A stretch of 64,000 nt of DNA from Polyangiaceae bacterium (GTDB taxonomy: Bacteria; Myxococcota_A; Polyangia; Polyangiales; Polyangiaceae). Positions 52,890-62,900 of the stretch are shown in pieces. The DNA lies in assembly GCA_044376115.1 (NCBI GenBank), contig JBILLK010000012.1, positions 1-64,000 on the forward strand. Direction: 5' to 3'. The notes under the pieces were generated by a model. It worked only from the letters and a program-made list of their open reading frames with translations, was not told the origin of the DNA and made no database searches. The position numbers were made by a program, and so were the translations under genes. How positions within the stretch are numbered: the stretch's first letter is position 1; each line of letters opens with the position of its first letter.

Positions 52890-54980
52890 ATGGGTCAACG
52901 CTTCGAATCCGATCGACCGCGTCGGGATCTACCGCCTGTTGCGCCACCTCCGCGCAAGGTGTCCCAGCCCAGCAACGGCATCCCCGAGATGAGCGTTTTT
53001 CGCGGGCTCGGTGGCCCGCCAAGCGCGGGTCCGAACGGCGCGCGACCAGGTTCTGAACCAGGATTCGGCCCCCTTCCCGCGGTGAGCCCGCCGCCCGGTC
53101 GGCCGGGAAACCTCCCACCGGTTAGTGCCCCCCTCAAGAAGCCGTCGCAAGGCACCCTGGTTGGTGTTGGGCGCCCACCTCCGCCGCGACAATCTCGCGA
53201 TCCGCACTCCGACTCGATCACCAACGTCAAGGCCAACGGGGCCTATCCCGAGACCAATTCAGCCTCACGGGACTTCCAAGCTCGGGTGCCTGCTCCGGTT
53301 TCGAGTCGCGATGACTCAGGCGAGATTGTTGGGCTTGATTGGGACGAAGAAGAGGAAAGCACGCACGTGTTCCCGTCTTCGCACCCGCCTTCGCACGACA
53401 GCGGCAGCAACGGCATGCGCGCCTCCTCACGCGACATGTCGAAACGACCTGCACCGTCGAACGTCGACTACTCGAAGCCGCCTTCCACCGACACGCTGCG
53501 GCTCGATGGTGTGGACGCGAGTCCGCCGGCGCTTACGAAGGCGTCGTCCATGTTTCCACCGCCACCGCCGATCCCGAGCATCACGCAAGCTCGGCCGATG
53601 GAGTCGTCGGCTCCTGGGATCGCCCAAGCTGCGCTCTCACGGAGCGTCGTCCCCAGCTTCCCGTCCCCGCAAATCATCGAGCAAGCGCCGCTACCCGAGC
53701 AGCCCGAAGAGGTTCGGGATCAGGCCTTTGTACGGCTTCCCCACGGGAATCCACACACCGCGACGGAGCTAGCGATCAAACGTCCGGTGATGCCGGCGTT
53801 TGGCGCGGCATCGAGCGCCCCGCCGATCGCTGCACCAGCCGAGGCGGGTGCAAAGAAGTGGATGCTTGGAGCAGCCGCTGCGTTCGCGTTGCTATCCATC
53901 GCAGCGCTCGGCACGTACTTGTTCACCCGACGCCCAGGCAGCGTGCAGATTGATGTACGTGACGCGGCAGGAGCGAGTGTGCCTCGCGCAGAAGTGTTCG
54001 TGGACGGCAGCCCCGTCTGCAACGCAACACCGTGCCTCGTGCGGGATCTCGACACCGGCCGCCATTCGGTTCGGGTCATCGTGCCGAATTCCCCGGTGGC
54101 GATCGAACCGAAGACCATCGAAGTGGAGGCCGGCTCGGTGGCCAACGTTTCGTTCACGTTGGAGGCCGCGCAAACGACGTTGGTGGTCGCGAGTTCACAA
54201 TCGGGCGTGCGCATCTCGGTCGATGGCGTCGATCGGGGCCTGCTCCCGGCTCGGCTCACCGGGCTCTCGGCTGGCCGTCACGAGGTGAAGCTAAGCGGTG
54301 ACCGGTACAAGCCTGTGGAGCGAACGGTCGAGCTCAAAGCTGGTGAGACATTCGACCTCGGGGAACAGAAGCTCGCCGTCGCTAAGGGGAGGCTGACCCT
54401 CGCGGTGAAGGGCGAGGGCGTGTCGATCACGTTGGTACCCGACGGCACGGGTGGTCGTGGGAAGGCGCTCGATCCGCCGTTCTCCACGCCGATCGAGATC
54501 GACACCTCGACCGGCAACTGGCGTGTCGTAGCCAAGAAGGCCGACAACCCGGACTTCTCGCAGTTGGTTGACTTCTCCGATGGCGTCGCGGAGAAAACAG
54601 TCACCGTTGATTTCAGCAGCAAACAGCCGGAGGCCATCAGCCTCAATGACCTGCCCTCCTCCACGCCCTCGGCCAACGCCACCACCACCGCGACGAGCGG
54701 TAAACAAGCGCCGCCAACCAGCTCTCCGCCGCCCACGCGGACGAGCGAACCGGTTGAAGCGGCCAGCGGCTCCGGCACCTTGAACATCAACTCAATCCCG
54801 GCCTCACGCGTCCTGCTCGACGGGCAGCCTCTTGGAGAAACTCCGCGCACCGGTGTTTCGGTTTCTCCGGGCACGCACACGGTAACGTTCATTCATCCCG
54901 AGCTTGGGAAGAAATCGATCAGCGTCAAAGTGGGCGCTGGAGAAACGAAGAGCGCGGTAGCAAAGCTGCGCACCGACTGA
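52890..54980 (+). CDS. PEGA-domain membrane protein with long Pro-rich cytoplasmic N-terminus
   Basis: About 320 aa low complexity, TM span, several PEGA repeats (AEVFVDG, ISVDGVDRG, LNINSIPASRVLLDGQPLGETP). Confidence 0.88.
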   Translation: MGQRFESDRPRRDLPPVAPPPRKVSQPSNGIPEMSVFRGLGGPPSAGPNGARPGSEPGFGPLPAVSPPPGRPGNLPPVSAPLKKPSQGTLVGVGRPPPPRQSRDPHSDSITNVKANGAYPETNSASRDFQARVPAPVSSRDDSGEIVGLDWDEEEESTHVFPSSHPPSHDSGSNGMRASSRDMSKRPAPSNVDYSKPPSTDTLRLDGVDASPPALTKASSMFPPPPPIPSITQARPMESSAPGIAQAALSRSVVPSFPSPQIIEQAPLPEQPEEVRDQAFVRLPHGNPHTATELAIKRPVMPAFGAASSAPPIAAPAEAGAKKWMLGAAAAFALLSIAALGTYLFTRRPGSVQIDVRDAAGASVPRAEVFVDGSPVCNATPCLVRDLDTGRHSVRVIVPNSPVAIEPKTIEVEAGSVANVSFTLEAAQTTLVVASSQSGVRISVDGVDRGLLPARLTGLSAGRHEVKLSGDRYKPVERTVELKAGETFDLGEQKLAVAKGRLTLAVKGEGVSITLVPDGTGGRGKALDPPFSTPIEIDTSTGNWRVVAKKADNPDFSQLVDFSDGVAEKTVTVDFSSKQPEAISLNDLPSSTPSANATTTATSGKQAPPTSSPPPTRTSEPVEAASGSGTLNINSIPASRVLLDGQPLGETPRTGVSVSPGTHTVTFIHPELGKKSISVKVGAGETKSAVAKLRTD

Positions 54981-55010
54981 TCGCTGCGCGCTGGCTGATG
55001 CAATCGACGT

Positions 55011-55038
55011 GGGGCCTCATTGAAGGCCCCTTCGAGTT
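55011..55038. terminator. Hairpin between convergent genes
   Basis: GGGGCCT-CATTGA-AGGCCCC followed by TTCGAGTT. Confidence 0.55.
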
Positions 55039-55815
55039 TCAGTTGCCTTTGAAGGTAGCGGCTCGCTTTTCGATGAAGGCCTTCATTCCTTCTCGCTGAT
55101 CCTCACTCGAGAACAGCGCCGAAAAAGCTGTCGCCTCAAGTTCGTTTGCGGCGGGCAGCGACTGGTCCTCCCCTCGCAAGAGGACGCGCTTGGCAGCGGC
55201 CACCGCGAGCGGCCCCATCGCGCAGATCTTCTTGGCGGTGGCTTCAGCCTGCGTGATCAACTCGGCCCCCGGAAAAACGGCGTTGACGAGACCGAGCCGC
55301 AACGCCTCAGCAGCCGTGATCACATCGCCGGTGTAGACGAGCTCACGGGCCTTACCAACGCCCACGCGTCGCGCCAGTCGCTGGGTGCCACCAAAGCCGG
55401 GGATGACGCCAAGCTTCACCTCCGGTTGCCCAAACTTTGCCGAATCAGAGGCGAAGATGAAGTCGCAGGCGAGCGCCAACTCACAGCCTCCACCCAGCGC
55501 AAATCCGTTCACCGCAGCGATGATTGGGAAGGGTGCTTCCTCAAACATCGAACCGAGACGATGTCCGAGCTCAGCAAAGCGACGTGCTTCAGCGGGCTGC
55601 AGGTTCGCCATCGCCGCGATGTCAGCCCCAGCGACGAAGGCCTTGCCTTCACCGGTGAGGATCGCGCACCGAGGACGCTCGGCTTGCTCGAGCAGCGAGC
55701 GGAAAACGTCGGTCAGTTCTTGCAGCAGCTCGGGACTGAGCGCGTTCAGCTTGTCCGGACGCGAGATGGTGACCGTCGCGGTTTGTTCGCTTTGGGAGTG
55801 TTTGATGAAGCTCAT
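55039..55815 (-). CDS. crt: Enoyl-CoA hydratase (crotonase)
   Basis: RPDKLNAL, AFVAGADI, AAVNGFALGGGCELALACD, GQPEVKLGVIPGFGGTQRL. Confidence 0.95.
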   Translation of the reverse strand: MSFIKHSQSEQTATVTISRPDKLNALSPELLQELTDVFRSLLEQAERPRCAILTGEGKAFVAGADIAAMANLQPAEARRFAELGHRLGSMFEEAPFPIIAAVNGFALGGGCELALACDFIFASDSAKFGQPEVKLGVIPGFGGTQRLARRVGVGKARELVYTGDVITAAEALRLGLVNAVFPGAELITQAEATAKKICAMGPLAVAAAKRVLLRGEDQSLPAANELEATAFSALFSSEDQREGMKAFIEKRAATFKGN

Positions 55816-56693
55816 AGGACCCGCTGCCCCTTGGCGTCGTAACGGTAGAAGCCACGGCCTGTCTTCTTTCCGAGCCAGCCTGCTGCGACCAAGTTCTTGA
55901 GTACGTTGGGAGCGCGGTACTTGGAGTCGCCAAAGTTCTCGTGCAGCACGTTGGCAATCGACAAGACGGTGTCGAGACCGATCAAGTCCGCGAGTTCGAG
56001 CGGCCCCATCGGATGGTTCAACCCTAGTTTGGCTCCAGTATCGATGTCTTCCGCGCTGCCAACGCCTTCTTGGAGCGCGAAGGCTGCTTCACAAAGCATC
56101 GGGATGAGAATTCGGTTGACCATGAACCCCGGTGCGTCGTTCGACGTGACCACCGTCTTACCCATTTTGACCGCGAGCGCGTGGGTCTCAGCATAGGTCT
56201 CGTCGGAGGTCTGAACCCCCTTGACGATCTCGACCAGCTTCATCAGGGGGACCGGATTCATGAAGTGCATGCCGATCACCTGCGTGGGCCGACTGGTCGC
56301 GGCTGCGAGCTTGGTGATGGAGATGGACGAGGTATTCGTCGCCAGGATGGCTTCTTTGGGAAGTGCGGCGTCGACGGCGCGGAAGATGGCCAACTTGGTT
56401 TCAAAGTGCTCGGTCACTGCCTCGACAGCGAGTTGGCAGTCCCCAAGTTTTTCCCCCTGACCTGCGCAAACGATGCGGTCAAGAACCGAATTCTTTTCCT
56501 CTTCGGTCAATTTTCCCTTCTCCACCAAGCGCCCGAGCTGGGAGGCAATGGTCTTTTTTCCACCCTCTGCAGCGGCCTCGGTAACGTCGGAAAGAATGAC
56601 CGTGAGGCCGGTTGTGGCTGCCACTTGAGCGATGCCACGGCCCATTTGTCCTGCACCAATGACTGCGACGCGGCGAATCTCGAGAGTTCCCAT
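55812..56693 (-). CDS. hbd: 3-hydroxybutyryl-CoA dehydrogenase
   Basis: IGAGQMGRGIAQ, ATNTSSISIT, GMHFMNPVP, NHPMGPLELADLIGLD, GKKTGRGFY; ATGA overlap with crt. Confidence 0.96.
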   Translation of the reverse strand: MGTLEIRRVAVIGAGQMGRGIAQVAATTGLTVILSDVTEAAAEGGKKTIASQLGRLVEKGKLTEEEKNSVLDRIVCAGQGEKLGDCQLAVEAVTEHFETKLAIFRAVDAALPKEAILATNTSSISITKLAAATSRPTQVIGMHFMNPVPLMKLVEIVKGVQTSDETYAETHALAVKMGKTVVTSNDAPGFMVNRILIPMLCEAAFALQEGVGSAEDIDTGAKLGLNHPMGPLELADLIGLDTVLSIANVLHENFGDSKYRAPNVLKNLVAAGWLGKKTGRGFYRYDAKGQRVL

Positions 56694-56900
56694 GCCGCCA
56701 CTTTTAGCGCTGCTTGGTCGCCAATGTAAGAGACATGGTTTGGCACGATCCAAGCCTTGAAAGGGCGAGCCCTAGGAGCGTACATTCCGTGCTCCCGCAG
56801 CCCGCACTTTTTCTGGCATTCCGCGCGGGTGGGGGTTGGGTCTCGAAGCTCGAGGCCCCAAGCAATTCCCCGATTTTAGAGCATTCCCGCTGGGGTGACG

Positions 56901-59900
56901 ATGACTGTTGACTCGATTCGTGTGGTTCTTGGCCGACTTCAGGACGACCCCGAGAACGAGATTGCTTGGGAACAACTCGCCGAGATCGTAACGGCGCCGG
57001 GCACGCCGGAGGTCGAGCTGCTGCGCTTGCTCGAGCAGGCCCGCGCGAGATTCGAACGGCGCCGAGAGTGGCTCGGCGTTGCTCGCTTGCTGGAGATGGA
57101 GCTCTCCCTCTCCGAGGGCGAGGAGCCGGCGATGCAGGCGGAGCTTGCTCGCATCTGCGACGAAGAGTTGTTGGACTCCGGGCGGGCTCGCGCCGCCTAC
57201 GAGCGGCTGCTCGAGCTGGAAGCAGGCGAACAGCTCAAGGGGCGCGCCAAGCTCTTCATCCAGTCAGACGCCGAGAAACGTGGCAAGTGGACCGAGCTCG
57301 TCGAGCGCCTCGCGGGCGAATCGGAAGGTGCGCAAGATGACGCGTTGCGCGCCGGACTCCTGTTGGCCGCGGCCGATGTTGCCCTTCGCTATGGTGGCGC
57401 CAGCGCCGATGCTGCGAAGGTCGCCGAGTACGTTGAAAAGGCGATCGGGCTCGACCCGAAGGTCAAGCGTGGCGCGGTACACGCCGAAGTAGCGTTGCAA
57501 AACGAGCCCACCCGCTTGGTTGCGGTGCTCAAGGTGATCTTGGCCGGCAGCGGCGCCAAGGAGGATCGCGTTGCAGCAGGTATCAAAGCCGGCCGTATTC
57601 TCGCCCGGCGCCTCTCGGATCGTGACGGCGCCGTTGAGGTCTTCCAGCAGGTGCTCGACCTCTCACCGGGGCAGACCGACTCCCTCTCCTTCCTGGCTGA
57701 GGCCTACAACGAGACCGAGCAGTGGGACCATCTCGTGGCCCTTTACGAGGACCAACTCAAGGGTGGCGTTCGCGGCGAAGCCGAGCAGGGCATCACCCTC
57801 CAGATCGGCATGGTTCATTGGAAGCGCCGAGGAAAGCCGGAAGCCGCAGAGCCCCACTTCGACCGGCTTCGAAAGACCGACCCAACGAACGGGGCGGTGA
57901 TCAGCTTCTTCCGCGAATATCTGCGCGAAAAGGGCGACAACCAGAAGCTGGCGACGGTGCTTGGAGAAGCGCAACGAGCGAGCAGCGACCCGCAGCTCAA
58001 GAAGGAGCTGGGCGCGGAGATTGCGAAGCTTGCAGAATCGAGCGACAACGCGCAAAAGGCCATCGAGCAATACAAAGCTGTACTCAAGGTCGACCCGCTT
58101 GACGTTACAGCGCGCGAGGCTTTGAAGCGGCTTTACACCAACGCGGGGAACTTTCCGGCGCTGGTCGATCTGTTGCGGCATGACGTCGAGCGACTACCTG
58201 CGGATGACAAGCTAGGGCGCGCGGCGATCTTGCGAGAGATCGCTGCCGTGCACCGCAATCAAACCAAGAACGAGCAACAGCTGGTGCAGGTGCTGCAGCA
58301 GATCATCGCGCTCGACGATCAGGAGCAGGACGCGCTGCGCGAGCTGATTCGCATCTACGAACCGCTCGGGCGCATGAGGGACCTGCTCACGACCCAACAG
58401 CGGCTCGCCGAGATCACCGCGGACAATGACGAGAAGGCCGAGCTTTTCCGGGCGGTAGCTCGTCGTTGGGCGGAGCAATTCTCCAACGTGCAAAACGCGA
58501 TCAGCGCCTACGAGCGACTGATCGAGATCCGGCCGACGGACGAGGAAGCGCGCACCAAGCTGCGCGAGCTCTACACCAAGCGGCGCTCTTGGCCGCAACT
58601 GTACGCCCTCCACGAGATTGAGCTTCGGGACGCAGAGGGAAGCGCACGGATCGAGCTGCTGACGGAGATGGCAAAGCTCGCAGCCGAGCGACTCGACCGC
58701 GGCGCCGACGCCATCAAGATCCAGAAGCAGATCCTCGACCTCGACCCTTCGCAAACGGCGATCTTCGACGCGCTCGAGAAGCAGACGGAGCGCGAGAAGG
58801 ACTACACCACGCTGGCGGAGGTTCTCGAGCGACGAGTCGACTCAACGGCCGACGTCCCCGGCAAGCTGAACCTGCTGCAGAAGTTGGGAGCAGTCTACGC
58901 AGACCGCCTGAAGGACGCTGAGCAAGCCACCAAGACCTGGAAGCGCGTGCTCGAGCTTTCGCCCGGGCAGGCGAAGGCGCTGCGCGTTCTACGCGAGTCC
59001 TATGTCGCAGCGGGTGACTTTGCTGCGTTGGAGGATCTGTACGCGAGTCAGAACGACTGGGACAACCTGGCTGACTTCCTCTCTTCGTCGGCAGACAAGA
59101 TCACTGCAACCGACGTGGACGCCGGCAAGCAGAAGGTGGAGCTGAGCTTCCGAGCTGCGGCAGTCTACGAATCCAAGCTCAACGCTCCGGAACGTGCCAC
59201 GCGTTCTTACGAGCGCGTCCTCACAGTTGACGGCTCCAACGCCCAAGCCGCGCGAGCCCTCGTTCCGATCTACGAGAAGGAAGAGCGCTGGGCGCGCCTA
59301 CCTGCTCTGTACGAAATTCTGCTCTCGGTTGCTGAAAGCAAAGAGGAGAGCGTGGCGCTCTTGCGTCGACTGTCCCAGGTCACCGGTGGACCGCTGGCCG
59401 ACAAGGGGTCAGCGCTCAATTGTGCCCGCAGAGCCTATGAACTCGTGCCCGATGAAGCCAATCTCGAGCATCTCGAGGCAGCCGCTCGCGCCGCATCTTC
59501 CTGGGGCCCCTTCGTTGAAGCGATCGAGAAGAGGCTGGGAGAGACCGAGGCGAACCCGCTTGAGCCGACGCACGAGCGCAGTCTGCGCCTGAAGCTGGCA
59601 ATGGCGTACGCGCGTGAGCTCGGGAAGATCGACGAGGCGGTGGCTGGCTATCGGGCCCTGGTTCAGTCAGATCCGACCGATGCAGCGACCATTGCAGACT
59701 TCGATGAACTGCTGCGCGGTGCCGAGCGACGTGATGACCTTCGTTGGCTATTCGGCATCCGAGCCGAAGCGGCCTCGGGGCGAGATCGTGCCGGGATCTT
59801 CGAAGAGTGGGCCACGCTCGAAGAGGACGTCTTTGCGAACCCGCATCAGGCGATCGAGCTTTACAGCAAGGCCGCTGAACTCGAACCAACCCGCAAAGAC

Positions 59901-62900
59901 ACCCTCAAGGCGCTGTCGCGCCTGCTGCTCGCCGAAGGTCAGCATCGTGCGGCCGCAGAAGTAGTCGCCAGACACCGCGACCTTTGCGAGGGCGCCGAGC
60001 GCGCCGAGCGCGAGGTAGAGCTGGCAACGCTTCATATCGATCATCTCGGGAACCCCGAGGAGGCGTTCACTGCTTGTGAGCGAGCACTCGAACTGCGCCC
60101 CAGGGACCCGGACGTAATTTCGATCCTATCGCGCCTCGTTGAAGTGCCGAACACGCGTGGGCGCGCCGCCGTTTTGTTGCAGGCCGCCTTTGCCGAACTG
60201 GGCGACGCCCGACGTGAAGCCCAAATGCTGCGCGTGATGATCGAGACGACGCTGGAGCCTTCGCATCGACTGGAGCTCCACGTCCTTCTCGCCGAAGTAG
60301 AGGACAAGAAGCAAGGTGCGCCTGGAGCGGCCTTCGACGTCATTCTGCGCATACTGAATGAGTTCCCAAGCGAACTCTCGCTGTGGGATCAAGCGCTAAC
60401 GCTGAGCCAGAAGGCGGGACGCCCCACCGACATGGCTGAGGCTTACCGCACCCACATCGTGATTCAGGATCCTGAAACGGCAACGATCCAAACGGACGTC
60501 GAGTTGGTGCTCTGCGATCGTGCGGCCAACCTCCACGACCAGGAGCTCGGCGACTCGGACGGTGCTATTCCCTACCTCAAGCGCATCCTCGGGATGGACG
60601 TTGGGAACACGGGAGCCTTCGATCGCCTGAAGCAGATCCTTACTTCGGCAGAACGTTGGGGTGAGCTCGAGGAATTGTTTGATCAGGCGGCGCGTGCGGC
60701 AGAGGACGCCAGCACCAAGATCGCGCTCTTGACCGAGGTTGCGATGATCGCTGAAGAGGTGATCGGCGTACCGCAAAAGGCCATCGCCTATCACGAGCGA
60801 ATCCTCGAGATCGACTCGCTACACGCGGCTTCGCTCGACGCCCTCGAGAAGCTTTACGAAGACGAGGAGCGCTACGGAGACCTTGCGGCCCTGCTTGAAC
60901 GTCGCTTGGAAACGGCTATCGAGGACGAGGCCGTCGACATTCGGCTCTATCTGGGTCGGCTCTACTTGGAGCAGCTACTCGTGCCAGCGCGTGCGCTCAA
61001 TCACATCGAGCACATCCTCAAGGCCCGCCCGGATGACGCGGACGCGCGCGAGCTCGCGGAGCGTATGCTCGAGATCGGGAGCTTGCGGCTTCCGACCGCG
61101 CAGCTACTCGAGGGCGTCTACGAGGTTCGCGATGAAGTGCGCGCGCTCGTTCGCATGCTCGAGATTCGCCTCGAGTCGACGAAGGCTGGCCGTGAGGGCG
61201 CTGAAGGTCAACGTGAGGAGCTGCTCAGGAGAATCGGGGAGTTGCGCGACGAGCGGCTCCACGATGACGCCGGAGCTTTCGATGCGCTTGCACAGCTATG
61301 CCCCATGGTGCCCGACGATGGGTCCGTTCGAGAACGGCTGACAGAGATTGGTCGGCGACTCGGCAAGAATGAGCAGGTTGCGACCGTCCTGACGAGCGCG
61401 GCCGAGGCCGCCGACAACAAGTCGGTTCGCGCAGAGATCCTGATGCAGGTTGCCGCGCTGTATGAGAGCGCGCTCGGAGACGACAAGAAGGCTGAAGAGG
61501 TTTACCGCCAGCTGCTCGCGATCGATCCCAACGACGTGTCGATCGTTGTGCCAGCGGCGCGCGCGCTGAGTCGGCTTCAGGCAGCGAGTGGAGCGTACGC
61601 AGCGCTTGCCGAAACGCTCGAAATCGAAGCGAAGCTCGAAGAGTCGCTGGACACTCGCAAGGCTATTTACGAGCGACTGGGTGACCTCTACGAGACCTCG
61701 ACCAACGAGCCACAGAAGGCAATCTCCGCATGGAAGTCGCGCCTCGCCGAGGACGACGCAGATGAGAAGGCGCTGACTGCACTGGAACGGCTGTACGAGG
61801 CCGAGAAGGCCCACGCCGAGCTCGTGGAGATTCTCGTGCGACGCGAAGCAGTGGCTAGCGAGCCCGAAGATCGCAAGCGCGCGATGGTGAAAGCAGCGGG
61901 TATCTATGCTGACAAGCTCGACGACCCCAAGCGCGCCGCGATGATGTGGCGCAGCGTGCTCGACGCGTTCGGCCCAGACCGAGCAGCGCACGCAGCGCTT
62001 GCCGAGTTGCATCAGAAGGCTGGGAAGCATCAGGATCTCGCGGACATCATCGAGGCTGACCTCGCGCTTGCCGACGACCAGGCCGACCAGATTCAGCTTT
62101 ATCGTCGGCTTGGTGACGTCCGCCGCAACGACCTCCACGACGTGGACGGTGCAATCGACGCCTACCGCCTGGCACTCAATCTAGACCCGAACGATCAAAA
62201 GACGCGGGCCGCGCTCGAGTCGATGCTCGACGACGCGAACGCTCGACGAAGCGTGTCTGAGCTTCTCCATCCACTGTACGAAGCGGATGGCGATGCCGAA
62301 CGGCTTCTTCGCATCCTCGACATCGAAGCGGAGGTCGCCGAGACCCCCGCACAGAAGCTCGAGAAGATCGAGAAGGCGCGCGCGACGTGCGAGGGCCCGT
62401 TGGGGGATCCCAAGCGCGCGTACGAGTACGCTCGGCGCGCAATGAAGGAAGCTGCCCAGGACGATTCTGCGGCGAAGCAGCAGGAAACGTTGGAACGGCT
62501 TACGGCTGAAACCCAGCAATGGGAGGCCACCGCAACCCTGTACCGCGAGATCGAAGCAGAGATCTTGGATGGAGACGTTCAACACGAAGTGCTGGTTCGC
62601 ATTGGCCAAATCAGCACCGAGAAGCTGTCGAACACAGCCGTTGCTATCGAGTACTACAAGCGTGCGCTCGAGAATCGGCCAGCCGATCGGCGCGTGTTGC
62701 TCGCGCTCGAAGAGTTGCACCAGCAGGCCGAGGACCACAAGTCGCTGCTCGATATTCTCAAGCGACGCGAAGAGGCTGCCGAATCGGATGAAGAGCGCAA
62801 GCAGTTGATGTTCCGGCGCTCCGAGATCCTCCGCGACAAGCTCGGGGATCCGGCGGGGGCCATCTCCGAGCTCGAGGCGGTGCTCGAGCTTGAGGTCGAC

